Positions 1-12,051 of a stretch of 64,000 nt of DNA are shown here, piece by piece; the stretch's first letter is position 1, and each line of letters opens with the position of its first letter. The stretch lies in contig NC_057752.1 in the NCBI RefSeq assembly GCF_004010195.1, positions 9,002,766-9,066,765 of the forward strand, in the 5' to 3' direction. The translations under genes were made by a program, and so were the position numbers. Under the pieces are notes generated by a model, which searched no databases, was not told the origin of the DNA, and worked only from the letters and a program-made list of their open reading frames with translations. The DNA is from Chiloscyllium plagiosum (lineage: Eukaryota).

Positions 1-1140
1 ACAGAGACCACATTCTCTTCAGCCTGTTCTAAACTGGACCTGAAATGTTAATTCTGATTTCTCTCCAAAGATGATGCCAGACCTGCTGAGTTTTTTCCAG
101 TAATTCTGTTTTTGTTTCTCTTCAGCTTTTCTCTTCAACCAATCAGACTCTAGAACCACAGTTCAATTTGATCACAGAACTATTTCTCTCATGTCATTTC
201 TGATTGATTTCGTCACACAGAACAAATCATACTGTACCCAAAAAAAGACCTGTGGAATATAGCTGCCATAACTGTTGCGCTCCATCCCCAATGCACAAAA
301 ATTCCTAATGATCACAGACACATTCAAAATTTAGCTTTTCCATCTTCCAATTGCTCCAGCAACTTATCCATACAGACTTTCTGCAAATGCCTGACCTCAA
401 ACGCACCCTTACCCCAGCATCTTGTCACTTCCCACCATTCTGGAGATCCTTATCCTTCCATTTCTCTCCCTGATCCAAATTAACATTTTGCTATTGTTAC
501 CTCTTAGCAGCTGGACAGCTAAGCTGATGGTCTAATTCTGCTAAAGTGATTCCAGTAGATATTTGGAGGATCCTGGATCATGATTTCAGATCATCCATCT
601 GTTTTTGTATATTTGTTTCCATGTATTATCTGGAAAACGTAGAGCAAACATTGAATAATTAATTAAAGGTAAACAAGATTCATTCATTCACATGAAAGTT
701 TGGCTTATAATAAACAACTGTGTAAACTAAGCCTCAATTAGAAAATTCCACTTTTTTCACAATGCTGTGTTTCATTATTTTGATGAGTCCTTCTGAGGGT
801 CACCATAATAATCACCAAGAGTTAAAGTAAGTGAAGTCATAGGAGGAGCTTAACCTCACACCTCCACTAACACATTCAACAACACTTCTGTTCTGCTGAA
901 TCAGAGTGAACTGAACATCAGATGCTTTAGTATGTAAATACACCATCTGATGTGGTTCTGAGTCATACGGCTAGAAAGCACCACCAGGACGTTTGTTAAC
1001 TGATCTCAGTGAAATAGCTGCAACATTGGAAATTCTGCAGCCCATACTCAATGCAATCAATTCAAACTGTCATTGGTCTGAAAGTGGAAGCAAACTGGTT
1101 CCCTCCCCATGATATATGATACAGAACAGGAAGGACATAT

Positions 1141-1305
1141 GTTCAAGGTTTACGTAAGGATTTATTAGCTTGGGTGTGGTTGCAGTCATTGATTTGCAGA
1201 CAGGAGAATTCACAGGAGGCTCCAAAGCACAGGATGTCACCTAAACAGGGGACAAAACGTCTGCAAATCAACTTCCCAGCTCGGCAAACATGCCCACAAT
1301 TATGG
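1141..1305. mobile_element. Short inverted Poseidon-type Penelope remnant
   Basis: Same terminal sequences as 38455-38880; flanked by caggaaggacatat/caggaaggacaaat (1127-1140, 1306-1319). Confidence 0.75.
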
Positions 1306-1516
1306 CAGGAAGGACAAATATCTCCACTCCTGAATATCAAATTCCATGGGATTAGGAGCTCTTCAGTGCCTAACCCACATAGCAATTTTTAATATATCAG
1401 CCTGGTCTGAGTGTCAGTAAAGTTTATTGGCTTCACAACTGAGGCTACTTATTGATATTAAACTGTCATCTCACACAGAGGACCAGAAAGATGTTTGGTG
1501 TTTTTGATTTCTGTAT

Positions 1517-2080
1517 AGGTTATAGGTGTCACTGGCAATATCAACATTTGTTGCTCATCCTTCAGTGCCTTTGAACTGAGTGACTTGCTAGGCTATTTCA
1601 GAGGGCAGAGCTGAAAATGTGTTGCTGGAAAAGCGCAGCAGGTCAGGCAGCATCCAGGGAACAGGAGAATCGACGTTTCGGGCATAAGAAGGGCTTATGC
1701 CCGAAACGTCGATTCTCCTGTTCCCTGGATGCTGCCTGACCTGCTGCGCTTTTCCAGCAACACATTTTCAGCTCTGATCTCCAGCATCTGCAGACCTCAC
1801 TTTCTCCTATTTCAGAGGGCAGCTAAAAGTCAACCCACATTGTCAGGATCTGGAGTCACATGTAGACCACAGCAGTTAAGGATGGCAGATTTCCTTCCCA
1901 GACATTAGCAAACCAGACAGGCTTTTACAACAACAATTACATGGCCACCATTAGAACAGATGTTACAAAATTCAAATTTCAACCACATGCCATGGTGGGA
2001 TTCAACCCATGTCCCCAGAACATTAGCCTTAGGATCTGGATTACTACTCCAGTGACACTGCCATTATGCCACTAACCCCA
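1517..2080 (-). mobile_element. tRNA-derived SINE (probable Meta-domain family), interrupted by a PLE palindrome
   Basis: Reverse complement of the family at 4965-5260; sequence continues across the 1609-1806 insert. Confidence 0.75.
1609..1806. mobile_element. Fold-back Neptune-type Penelope terminal element (83-bp perfect inverted repeat)
   Basis: Arms 1606-1688 and 1694-1776; 16-bp TSD ctatttcagagggcag (1593-1608, 1807-1822). Confidence 0.85.
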
Positions 2081-3519
2081 TCACTAATAATTCAAAAACT
2101 TTGAAAAATAATTCAGTTCAGCACTTGTCTCAAGGCGGCTTGGGCTGCCTTGTGTTTTGATCATTTGTGCGAGGGTTTTGTGGCACAATAGTAATGTCAT
2201 TATCTCTAGGCCAGAATGTCCCATGTTCATTTGCCTAGAAGTGTGTCATAGCATGTCTAAACAGAGCAATTTAAAAAAATAAGGTAGTGGTGGATGCTAG
2301 TGTGATGAAGCCAAGGACCAGTGGTGGCCTATAAACAAAGCCCAACTCATGATCACAGCCAGTAAAGAGACAGTTAGCTTGTTTTATTTCTGCAATTACT
2401 TGCAGTCAGTGCAATTAAACACAGTCCTGATATTTGCAATTTAAGATGGTGCACTTAGACTGCTATTTTAGATTGTGTAACATCAACAGTTATAATATGA
2501 GCCCTGACCTGACTCATGTGGGTTCAGTTTGACATCCTGTTTTGAGTCAAATCAGGTAAAACCTCTAGGATAAGGATTGCTTTACACTGAACTAATTTAA
2601 ATACACTAAGCATGTAGATGCTCCCTCCTATACTTCTAATAGATGTAAAATATAACTACCATCAATGAAACATAGGTAAATTCACTGCTGGCTTGACAAT
2701 ACCATTCAGTCAAAAGTACTGTCAGTTTCAAATACCATAGAAACAATTTGCGATCACCTGCACAGGAATCAAATACAAAATCTATTGGAAAGGGTTAAAA
2801 AAAAATGAGTAAATCAATCCATCAAGGCTGCCACATTTTTTGATTACAATGTGGAAATGTTTTTAAAATGTTCATCTTTATTGTGCAACAAATTTAGAAA
2901 ATAGATAATATACAGTATATAATGTTGTCTAATAATTGAGAATACTAAATGTATTCAGCATGCCCTAATATTATTTCAGCATAATTATCTATTCCACCAA
3001 GAAACATACAAAACCTATGCATGAAGTTTCTGTACCATAATGTTTATTATATTCCATATTGTGTTAATTCTTTGTTGTCACAATTTGAATTATCTCCTTC
3101 AATTTCTTCCTGTAAGACCTTCCCTAAAACCTACCTACCTATTAATTCCATGCGCCAAATTTTGCCTGACAACTGCGAGAATCTTGGTATATTTTGAGAC
3201 ACTATACAAGCTGGTGGTGCTGTATATTTTTCCAATTTCCTCCCTTCAGTCATGACTCTCTTGTGGCGTAGTCCAACAGGCCTGGATCTCAATTAAGTGC
3301 CAGTGTTTTGTGTTTGAATGGCAGCAGTCAGTGGTGACATGCCAGCCTTATTAACATGCACAAATGGAGTCCCTGAAAAGGGGCCGCAATTTGCTTTATC
3401 AAAATCTCTCAGAGTTGTGAATAGCTATATCAGATCTCCTCTTAACGGCATTTCTTCTCATGGAAAGATCTCCAGTTTTCCTGGTTGCTCATCACTACAA
3501 CCTTCCCACCCCAATAGTA

Positions 3520-3880
3520 CCATCGTCCCGCTCCTGTGCTGTCTCCTTGACACCCTCCCGAAGCAAGCCAACCAAGCCTCGATAATATAAACGAAATAAT
3601 ATAAACGAAAACAAGGAAAATAGGGGCGATAAAAAGGAACGCCGTTATTGTTTTTTCTTATCAAACTTTTTTAAAAAGAAAGACCTTGATGTATTTGCCT
3701 ATGGATAACATCGCGAGATTCAATAACCTTTGACCTTCCCAGCTTCATATTTTCTAAAATGGCGCTGACCAGAGGTTGTTTGAGGCTTCGCGGACCGAGA
3801 GGATGTTATTTTTCCGACTTTTTACACTATCCGACGGTTTATGTATCCCAGTAAGAGCGCGTTCAATGGAAGTCTTTCGT
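3520..3880 (+). promoter_or_regulatory. CpG-enriched promoter/first exon of LETMD1
   Basis: Local CpG cluster in CpG-poor DNA; TCGCGAGA (BANP-like) 3711-3718, DR1-like 3724-3736, YY1-like AAAATGGCG over the start codon. Confidence 0.65.
3759..3850 (+). CDS. LETMD1: LETM1 domain-containing protein 1, coding exon 1 (MALTRGCLRLRGPRGCYFSDFLHYPTVYVS, mitochondrial-targeting-like)
   Basis: ATG in aaaATGG context inside the local CpG-rich region; Arg-rich N-terminus resembles human MALSRVC...; donor CA|gtaaga, phase 2 matches exon 2. Confidence 0.85.
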
Positions 3881-4457
3881 ATAATGTATTATTAGCCACT
3901 CTTTCTGTATCTGCATGGCTTTTTTTTCTTTCTAGACGCCCAATTCCACAACCATTAAATAGATGCAAGCATGAAAGATAGTCAACACATAAAGAGTGTA
4001 TTATAATTTGGGGGTTATATGAGAAACTTCTTAAAATGAAACTGTAGACGCTGATTCTTTTTCATATTCCACGAGAAACAAAGTTTTTTCATGTAGGCAA
4101 TTATCAGGATTTTTAGCTGTCTTTTTGAGAACCTATCAGGCGATGTGATCTAAATTAATTACAATATTTATTATGTAATTTGGAATTGTTAGCAGTTTTG
4201 TGTATAATAACAAATTTGCAATTAGGAGTCTGATGAGGACGATGAACCTGTTGTCGATCGTCAGGAAGCACCCACATTTGACTTCAGACCCACAGAAATG
4301 TTGGCTGACTCTTAACCACCCTTGGGCTATTAGGGATGGACAACAAATGCTGACCTTGCCAGTGACACCCATATTAGTTCATTTAAAAGAAGTCATGACT
4401 GCACTTGTTCTGCAGTTAATTTGATTGTGAGGTGATCTCTTCATTGTAAAATCATTT

Positions 4458-4651
4458 GGGTGGCACAGTGGTTAGCACTGCTGCCTCACAGCGCCAGAGA
4501 CCCAGGTTCAATTCCCGCCTCAGGTGACTGTGTGGAGTTTGCACATTGTCCCCATGTCTGCGTGGGTTTCCTCCGGGTGCTCCGGTTTCCTCCCACAATC
4601 TAAAAATGTGCAGGTTAGGTGAATTGGCGAGGCTAAATTGCCTGTAGTGTT
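4458..4651 (+). mobile_element. HE1-type (V-domain) shark SINE
   Basis: tRNA-like A/B boxes (tggcacagtggttagc; ggttcaattccc) and gtggagtttgcacatt...ccggtttcctcccaca core. Confidence 0.9.
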
Positions 4652-4964
4652 GTCCTCCCCCCCACACAAAAGAAGATGATGCTGGAAATCTGAATAAAAG
4701 ACTGAAAATGTTGGGAATACTCTGCAGGGCAGGCAGATCTGTGGAAGACAAAACTGTTAACACTTGGGTTAATGGCAGTACATTGAGAGACGCTGACTGA
4801 TTTGAGTATTTTCTGTTTATGTTGCAAAATTCCAACATTTGCAGTGTTTTGCCTTTGAGATTGTAAAAGTGTGTGCACATATTTATGGGGCATGCTAATG
4901 ACTTTCTGACAATGATGGATTTTGAGTAAAACCATAGTAGCTGAATTTCTGTGATCTGTTTGCA

Positions 4965-5260
4965 ATTGGGGAGGTGCTGGCAGGAGTGGTAATGCCACTG
5001 GATTAGTTCTGAAATTCAGTAAAAAAAAAACTGGAAGAAAAAGCTAGCCAAATGGCCATCTTGTGACCACTGTCGCTTGTTGTAAAAAATCAATCTGGTT
5101 CACTAAAGCCTTTTAGGGAAGGAAATATGCCATCTTTACACAGTCTGGCCTGCATGTGACTCCAGACCAACGGCAATGTTTTTGACTCTTAACTGCCCTC
5201 TAGGTATTTAGGATTGGCCAACCAGCCAGTGACCCCCACATCCCACGAATGATGTTTTTT
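4965..5260 (+). mobile_element. tRNA-derived SINE, probable Meta-domain family
   Basis: tctggttcactaa..ttagggaaggaaa..tgccatc..tctggcct..atgtgactccagac core; related copies at about 4225-4375, 11455-11785, 52435-52695, 54720-55035(-), 60560-60915(-). Confidence 0.7.
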
Positions 5261-5870
5261 TTTAAATTCAAAGGCCACGTCCTTGTGGTAGAAACCTGGC
5301 TAAAATGTATAGTATGCAATACCTTGCAGTAGTTACAAAACCCGAGCGCAAATACATCAGAAATCCTGTTGAAATGTACAGTTTGCAATGCCCTGCAGAA
5401 TTTGCAAATCCTTTTGAGCGCAAAGTAAATATTTTGCTGCTATGTGTAACCAAACATTTGTCCGCTAACTGCAATTTGAAACTTGCCATGTCTTGACAAT
5501 GTTAAGTGTAATGATGCTTCCCAATTACTTAGTTGGTAAAGTGTGCATCTGAATCATGGAAAAGGTCTCTGATTTATTCCTTAGTTTGTGTTGAATCAGT
5601 TGATTTCAGCCAAATAGCAGGAATACTGTATTTGGTCTCAGTGTTCTCAGACGAATGAGAGAAAAGTTGGTCAAAGTTCCAATTCTTGATTGCTCTCCGT
5701 TGTTCCTTGTTGAAATCTGCATATGTTAAAGAGTCTGGTTCACTAGTGATGCATTCATCCTTTCTCCTTTATCTTCTTGTACAGCTAGATAACAACAGTT
5801 CACCTAGAGATTAACTGATGGCATTCTTATTTTATCCTCCCATCTGCTCTGCTCTCTGCCCCCACCTCAG

Positions 5871-6019
5871 GCTTACTGGTCACCCACTCTCTCAATTTTT
5901 CACAACTGCGAAGAGGAGAAGCATCATCTCAAAGGTCAAACGTTTGAATGCAAAATATGAACAATTTCTGGAAAGAAACTTTCCACGTTTTTATGTGATC
6001 TACTCAACCTTTTTCAGAG
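5871..6019 (+). CDS. LETMD1: LETMD1 coding exon 2 (QLTGHP...KYEQFLERNFPRFYVIYSTFFRG)
   Basis: Pyrimidine tract + cag acceptor, G|gtgagt donor; matches human [23 protein letters not shown]. Confidence 0.95.
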
Positions 6020-7275
6020 GTGAGTTAACGGTCAGAAGATGTTGATTACTCTTCAGCAGCATGGGTGACAAAAGCTGTAGGGGTATGGTGAAAGAGAGAA
6101 ATAAGCAATTCGTTACATACTGATATAATACACTGTATAGGAAAAAGTCAAATTATATTCTCCATCCATTTCTGTAGTGTAGTTGTTGACCATTACATTT
6201 GGGGAACATTCCCTAGATTAACAGAATGTCTGTACGGTCTCTCCTGTTTCAGTGAGTAAAAGCATTTCCCAGTGTCACATTAAACTTTATAAACCAAAAA
6301 ATTTGATTTGTGGTCTGTTGAATCAGTCCATCTTGAACAGGGCTGCAATTGGGATTTTGACATTTTTACTCTGGGAAGGAGGAGGACAAAACAACCAACC
6401 AGGGTACTCCTTCAAATTGCTACTCACTGACCACATTCAACAACTTGCTTGAATTCACATTGCACCTTAACTCTCAAAAATGCCCGATGACGTTTCGGAG
6501 GAAACAAGGACAAGATGTTAAGCCATTATAGAAGATACAAGCATCAAAAGGTTGGTTGAAAAAGGGGTGTTTTATGGCATCTTAAAGTTGCAGGCAGGAT
6601 TTGAAATTGACTTTGAGATTGCAGTTGAAATGCCATCAATTAATAGATGCACAGAACACATGAATTAACATGAAAGTCTGGCTTATAATAAGCAACTGTA
6701 TAAGGTAAGTCTCAATTTCTAGGCAGGTAGGGTGAGAATGTAGGGAACTTTGTGGGTGAAACATGAATTTAGAATTCTGTGCTCTTTTCCGACGGAGCCA
6801 GCGTGGATTAACTGTAGATCTATGCTACAGCCCAAGGGTGGCCAGATGCTGTGGGATGAAATATTTTGAGCACACGTATGTCCATGATTTTTTTACAGTG
6901 TTACGCTGGAATTTCTTTTTACACAAATGTAGTGTATAGTCCAGTGATCTAGGTAGAGAATCCAAAACAATACATGGTCTTTCTTGACTGTAAACAAAAG
7001 TTGAAATTAATAGTGTGAAATCAAAGCCATTAATTATACTGGTACGTATCAAATATTTAATAAATAAATAAGAGTTTTTAATCTCTGTATTTTTGCTAAA
7101 ATTAGTGAAAACAGAACTTTTAACCTTAGGAAGACTATTAGTTTAGGAGAATATTAGAGTATCTTGTTTTTCAATAGTATAATTGGCATGAATCTAAAGC
7201 ACTTTTGCTAGTTCTTTTTTCAGGTTATTTGCATTTGACAAATTTTAAAGGAATCTAATTTATCCACTGTACTTA

Positions 7276-7553
7276 GGGTGGCGTGGCAGCTCAATGGTTA
7301 GCACTGCTTTCTCACGGCACCATGGACCTGGGTTCAATTCCACCCTTGGGTTACTGTCTGTGTGGAGTTTGCACATTCTCCCTGTATCTGCATGAGTTTC
7401 CTCTGGGTGCTCTGGTTACCTCCCACAGTCCAAAGAGTGCAGTGTAGGTGGATTGACCATGCTAAATGTAGGGTTACAGGGATTGGGTGGGGGAGTGTTG
7501 GTGTGGACTTGATGGGTCAAATGACCTGTGTCCACACTGTAGGGAGTCAATGA
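7276..7553 (+). mobile_element. HE1-type SINE
   Basis: tRNA head, V core and CR1-like tail. Confidence 0.85.
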
Positions 7554-7654
7554 TACTTGGACACAAACAAGAGCACAAATATTATTGAATGAATGTTTTC
7601 CACTTCTATTTTCTTGGTCTTCCTCTTTCAAAATTGGCTTGATTTGCTTTTTTT

Positions 7655-8725
7655 TTTATTCTTGCATGAGATGTGGCTGCATTTGTTGCCCATCCTTAAA
7701 TGCTCTTGTGACAGCAGTAGTGGTGAGCTACCATCTTGAACCTCTGCAGTCCATATGGTGTAGCTACAACCACAATGTTATTCAGAATTAATTTCCAGTA
7801 TTTTGACTCAACCGTAGTAAAGGAATGGTGATATATTTCCAAGTCAGGATGGTGTGTGACATAGAGGGGAATTCTCAGGTGATGGTGTTCCCATGTATCT
7901 GCTGCCCTTGTCCTCAGTGGCAGAATTAGCAGGTTTGGAAGGTACCTTCTAAGGAGCCTTGGTCAGTTATTGAGTGTATCTTGTAGGTGGTGCACACTGC
8001 TGTCAGATGGAGTGAATGAGGTGATATGTATGGTGCTAATCAAGCAGGCTGCTTTGACATGGATGGTGTCGAGCTTCTTGAGTGATCGCAGAGCCACACA
8101 TTCAAGCAGGTGAAGAGTATTTCATCACACTCCTGACAGTGCCTTGTCAATGGTAGATCGGCTTTGGAGAGTCAGGAGGTGAGTTATTTTCCTGAAAATT
8201 CCCAGCCTCTGACTTCCTGTAGCCACAGTATTTATCTGGCTGGCTAAAAGTTTGACTAGTTCTGGAGCACACATCTTCAGTATTACTGCTGGGATGTTAT
8301 CAGGGCCATAAGCTTTGAAGTAGTATCCTGTTCCTTCAGCTATTTCTTGATATCAAGTGGAGTGAATCAAATTTGTTAAAGTCTTACATCCGCAATGCGG
8401 AGGCCAAGATAGATCATTCACTCAATACCTTCAGCTGAAGATAGCTTCAAATGCTTGAGCCTTGTCTTTTGTACTGATGTGCTAGGTTCCCCCATCATTG
8501 AGTATGTGGATATTTGTGGGACCACCACCTCCAATTTGTTTAATAGTCCACTATCACTCATTCATGGATGTGGCAGGACTGCAGCGGTTAGAGCCAATCT
8601 ATTGTTTGTGGGATACTTAGCTCTGTCTAGTGCAGGTTGCTTATGTTGTTTGGCATGCGAGTAGTCCCATATTATAGCTTCACCAGGTTGATGCCTCATT
8701 TTTAGGCATGACTGTTGCTGCTCCT
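7655..8725 (-). mobile_element. Decayed non-LTR retrotransposon (CR1-group) whose 3' tail matches the Meta-type SINE tail
   Basis: RT-like remnants on -; tail catttgttgcccatccttaaatg is shared with the SINE copies. Confidence 0.65.
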
Positions 8726-9018
8726 TTCGTTACAGCCTTTGATTATCTGTACATTAACAGATTTACCTCAGTGAATGGTGAAGAGCATTTGTATATATTT
8801 CTTTGTATTGTTCCTCTAAAATTGTTTTCCAAAATCCCATGGGGTTCCTTTTGAAAGAAAAACATAATTAAAATAGATGATTTGAAGATTGTCCTGTTAC
8901 TGTTTGTTGAAGCTTTTTGTGCGCAAATTGCTGTGTTCCTCTGCTTTGCAACAGTGATTACAAACCCAAAAATACTTAATTAGCTGTAAAATATTTTGGG
9001 ACACCGTGAAAGGTGATA

Positions 9019-9230
9019 CAGTCAGTTCTGCTATAACGTTGGCTCTCCTGCAATCCCATGTTATAAGAAAATTGTGCAAAATCAGTACTATTTAAACTAA
9101 CGGGGCCGAAATTGTGTTATAACCTATAGATGCTTTAAAGTTTCATGCTTTAGAAACAGTGCCTCCAATTCATCAATAGTGTAATAGTGAATTTGTGTTA
9201 ATGAAGCATGTGTTATAGCATAACGACCTG
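9019..9230. mobile_element. Tc1/pogo(Tigger)-like MITE inserted in a Deu-SINE 3' end
   Basis: TA target duplication (9017-18, 9231-32); imperfect TIRs cagtcagttctgctataac / gttatagcataacgacctg; host SINE tail resumes after it. Confidence 0.75.
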
Positions 9231-9567
9231 TATGTAAATACAAATATTTCTTTCATGGAATCTTATGGCACAGAAGGAGGCTATTTAGCCCCCTGCACCT
9301 CTGCTAGCACATTGAAAGGTTATGCAGTGAAACCTACTCCCCTGTACTTAGTCCATAGTTCTTTATCTTTCTTCCTTTTCAAGTATTTATCCAATTTCTT
9401 TTTGGAATGTTACCATTGAATATGCTTTCACTGAACTTTCAGGTAGTACATTCCAGATCATCATAACTCGCTGTGTTTTACAAAAGAAAAATCATCTTCT
9501 CCTTCTTGTCTTTTGTATGAAACAGTAGTTTCACAATCGATATTTTTTCACTTTGTGTACATTGTAG

Positions 9568-9683
9568 GTTTCTATTTATTGTATCTTGACTTTAAGGAAG
9601 TCACTGGAATAAAACATAAGATGGCTGATCAGGGGCTGAAGTACAACCAGCTGCACTACAGGGAAATGGAAAAATTAAGACAG
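9568..9683 (+). CDS. LETMD1: LETMD1 coding exon 3 (GFYLLYLDFKEV...NQLHYREMEKLRQ)
   Basis: tag acceptor, CAG|gtagga donor; matches human HQLPYREMEHLRQ. Confidence 0.95.
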
Positions 9684-10377
9684 GTAGGAGTCTCTTTTCA
9701 CATCCTAAGTGAAGGTCACTGTGCTGCAGAATGACTCATTCTTTTGTTATTCCTGTTCTAGATACTGAGGCATTAAGATGCCATTTTCATCCATAGAATC
9801 ATAATTGTTCAAAACGCTTCGTCTGTTTGTCAATGCTTTAAACCTTGTTTGTCTGAGTCAAACACACTGGATCCTAGTTGAGAAAATAGACATACACTGA
9901 CATCTCCAAAGCTTATATCAATGCCAAACACATGATTTTGGGGTGCAGGAGCAGACAAAGTGAGACCCAGCAATTTTTAGTTCACTCTTGGGCCACTGAT
10001 ATTGGTGCGGGAAATGGAGTTTGTCACTTTGTTTAGAGTGGTCTGTTCCTGTGAAATTGTGATTGAATTGAAGAAGCTTTATTCTACATTTAAATTGTGC
10101 TATAACAACCAGGGAGTTCTCCCTGCCAGCACAAGATGCCTGAAATGGCAAGTGTCCCATTCCCCAAAATTGACGTTCCTCACCTTGATCAATGCACAAA
10201 GGCGAAAGCACAGAAGCAGAAATTGAAGCAACAGGAGTGATATTTCACTTTGTAATGAGTGGTAATGAATTCAACAAATTCAAGCTTTGTATTTGTATGT
10301 TTACGCAACTATGTATTGTGCAATGTTTTCAGGTTAACTAACAATTAGTTATTTGGTAGTACAGGACTTGAAACAAA

Positions 10378-11110
10378 CATTTTGTTGAAGCTTTTAACCT
10401 TGCACTGATCAGGACAGTTTGCAAAAATATCAATAAAGCAGGAAAGTGACATTTGTAATGTATTACAGGAGAGTGCTGATTATGTGAATATGAATTTCAG
10501 TGGCAGGGTGATGTACGCCATACATCCCAAAGACTTGTGGATCGTATCAAATAGCATATCTCTTCAGTTGCTTGCAACATACAAAGTACTAACCATACCC
10601 AACCAAACCACATTTGCGAAACTTGCAACACATCCAACGTTAGAGGTGATTCTGCAGTTGGATAACGTGTCCTGGATAATTGAGAGTGTTCAAAGATTTA
10701 CAGTCCTAAATTTGTCTTCAGTGTAAGTTGGACTCACAGTCTAGCACACTCACATATTGGAAGCTTTGTATATTAATACCAAGGACCTTATTCTTTGCAG
10801 ACAGAAAGAACACATGTATACATTGTACCTGGTTCAATTTGACAAAATAAGTGGCAGCCATTTACTGGTTTATTTCTCAGAGCAATGCTCTGACCAATCT
10901 CAGTCAACCTGCCTGGTTTGAAATCTAAGCAAAGCCTAATGGCAGTTAACATTCAATTGTCATTTAACGTTGCATTCTTCATGGCCTGCCTCTACCAATC
11001 AGAGTTCGGTTGCCAACTAATCAGCACTCTTCTGTAATACAGTATAAGTTGTTTTCTCCTTTATTGGTATTCTTGTGAACCAACCTGGTGAGTGCAAGAC
11101 AAAAAGCTTT
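10378..11110 (+). mobile_element. Decayed Penelope-like element (third family) with inverted terminus
   Basis: Inverted ends ~10381-10490 / ~11000-11110; GIY-YIG tail-like HILEALYINT..ILCRQKE; degenerate hammerhead core ctggtgagtgcaagacaaaaagctt. Confidence 0.6.
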
Positions 11111-11197
11111 TTTTTTAACCAATACTAAGCTAATAATGTTAACTACCTGGAGACATAAGTTTTTAGCAGTAATCTGTGTAAATCTTTTCTCTTCTAG

Positions 11198-11280
11198 TTT
11201 CGCAGAGATATTATAAAGGTGATACCTGTAGTGCTGCTATCACTTCCGCCATTTGCAAACTATATGGTGTTTGTATTGAT
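11198..11280 (+). CDS. LETMD1: LETMD1 coding exon 4 (FRRDIIKVIPVVLLSLPPFANYMVFVLM, LETM1-family TM segment)
   Basis: ttctag acceptor, AT|gtgagt donor; PPFANY motif. Confidence 0.96.
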
Positions 11281-12051
11281 GTGAGTATTTAAATATTTTT
11301 CAGTTGTATTCTGGTGTTATGTAACGTCAATCCAGCCTTTTTCAGAAATGCTTTAGGACCAAAGCTTTAAACTTTGGTACTATTATTAATACTGTCTCTC
11401 AGTTCAGCGCATGCACCTTGAAAATTGGTAACAACACATCACTTCCATATAAACAGATGTGGTGGTATAGTACTAATGTTACTTGACTGGTAACACAAAG
11501 ACACAGGCTAAATGTTCTGAAGGCCTGGGTTCAATTCACCTTGTTCACTATTGCTCTTAAGGAAATAAATCTGCCATCCTTACCTAGCATGGTCTACATT
11601 TGACAGCATATCAGGATATATACATTTGTACTGCAGTGGTAACTTGATGACTGTCTAGCAATTTGTTTGACTGTTACTTGTCCTTGAAGTGCCCTAGCAA
11701 GCAACTCCATTCACAAGCAATTAGGGATGCGCAACAAATGCTGGCCATGTCACTGATGCCCACATTCCAGGAAAGAATTTCAAAAGTCAATGTAAGATAA
11801 ACTGTCTAACCTTCATTGCAGAAACTCAGTGGTGTGCAAAAATGACCTGCGATGAATGCTCTTCCTTCCCTGTGAGGAAATATCTGGCCTCACAATGGCG
11901 CTTTCTCTGGCAGGCAGAATGGGAGACTGTGTGTATGGTATGAAATAGTAAAGTAAGTTTAATTCTATACAGCACCCTGCTACCAGCCGTATTATTCTTA
12001 ATTACTATGGGCAGAACTGGTGTCCAGTTTCTAAACCAACTCTCTCTTATT

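Noticed and set aside
1606..1776. miRNA precursor or CRISPR-like repeat
   Set aside because: Dispersed TE terminus with TSD; no repeat-spacer array; eukaryotic DNA
1..3500. Possible exon of an upstream neighbour such as SLC11A2
   Set aside because: No recognisable coding exon found
3582..3610. Short tandem duplication ataatataaacgaa x2
   Set aside because: Too short and AT-rich to assign a function
4458..4520. tRNA-like A/B boxes
   Set aside because: SINE heads; no complete cloverleaf, and they continue into SINE cores
4452..4880. ORFs with LWEETGAPGGNPRRHG (also 58892-59455, 40924-41232)
   Set aside because: Translations of HE1 SINEs
5590..5725. Ancient SINE-like segment (similar pieces ~990-1110, 56480-56640)
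   Set aside because: Too degenerate to name or bound reliably
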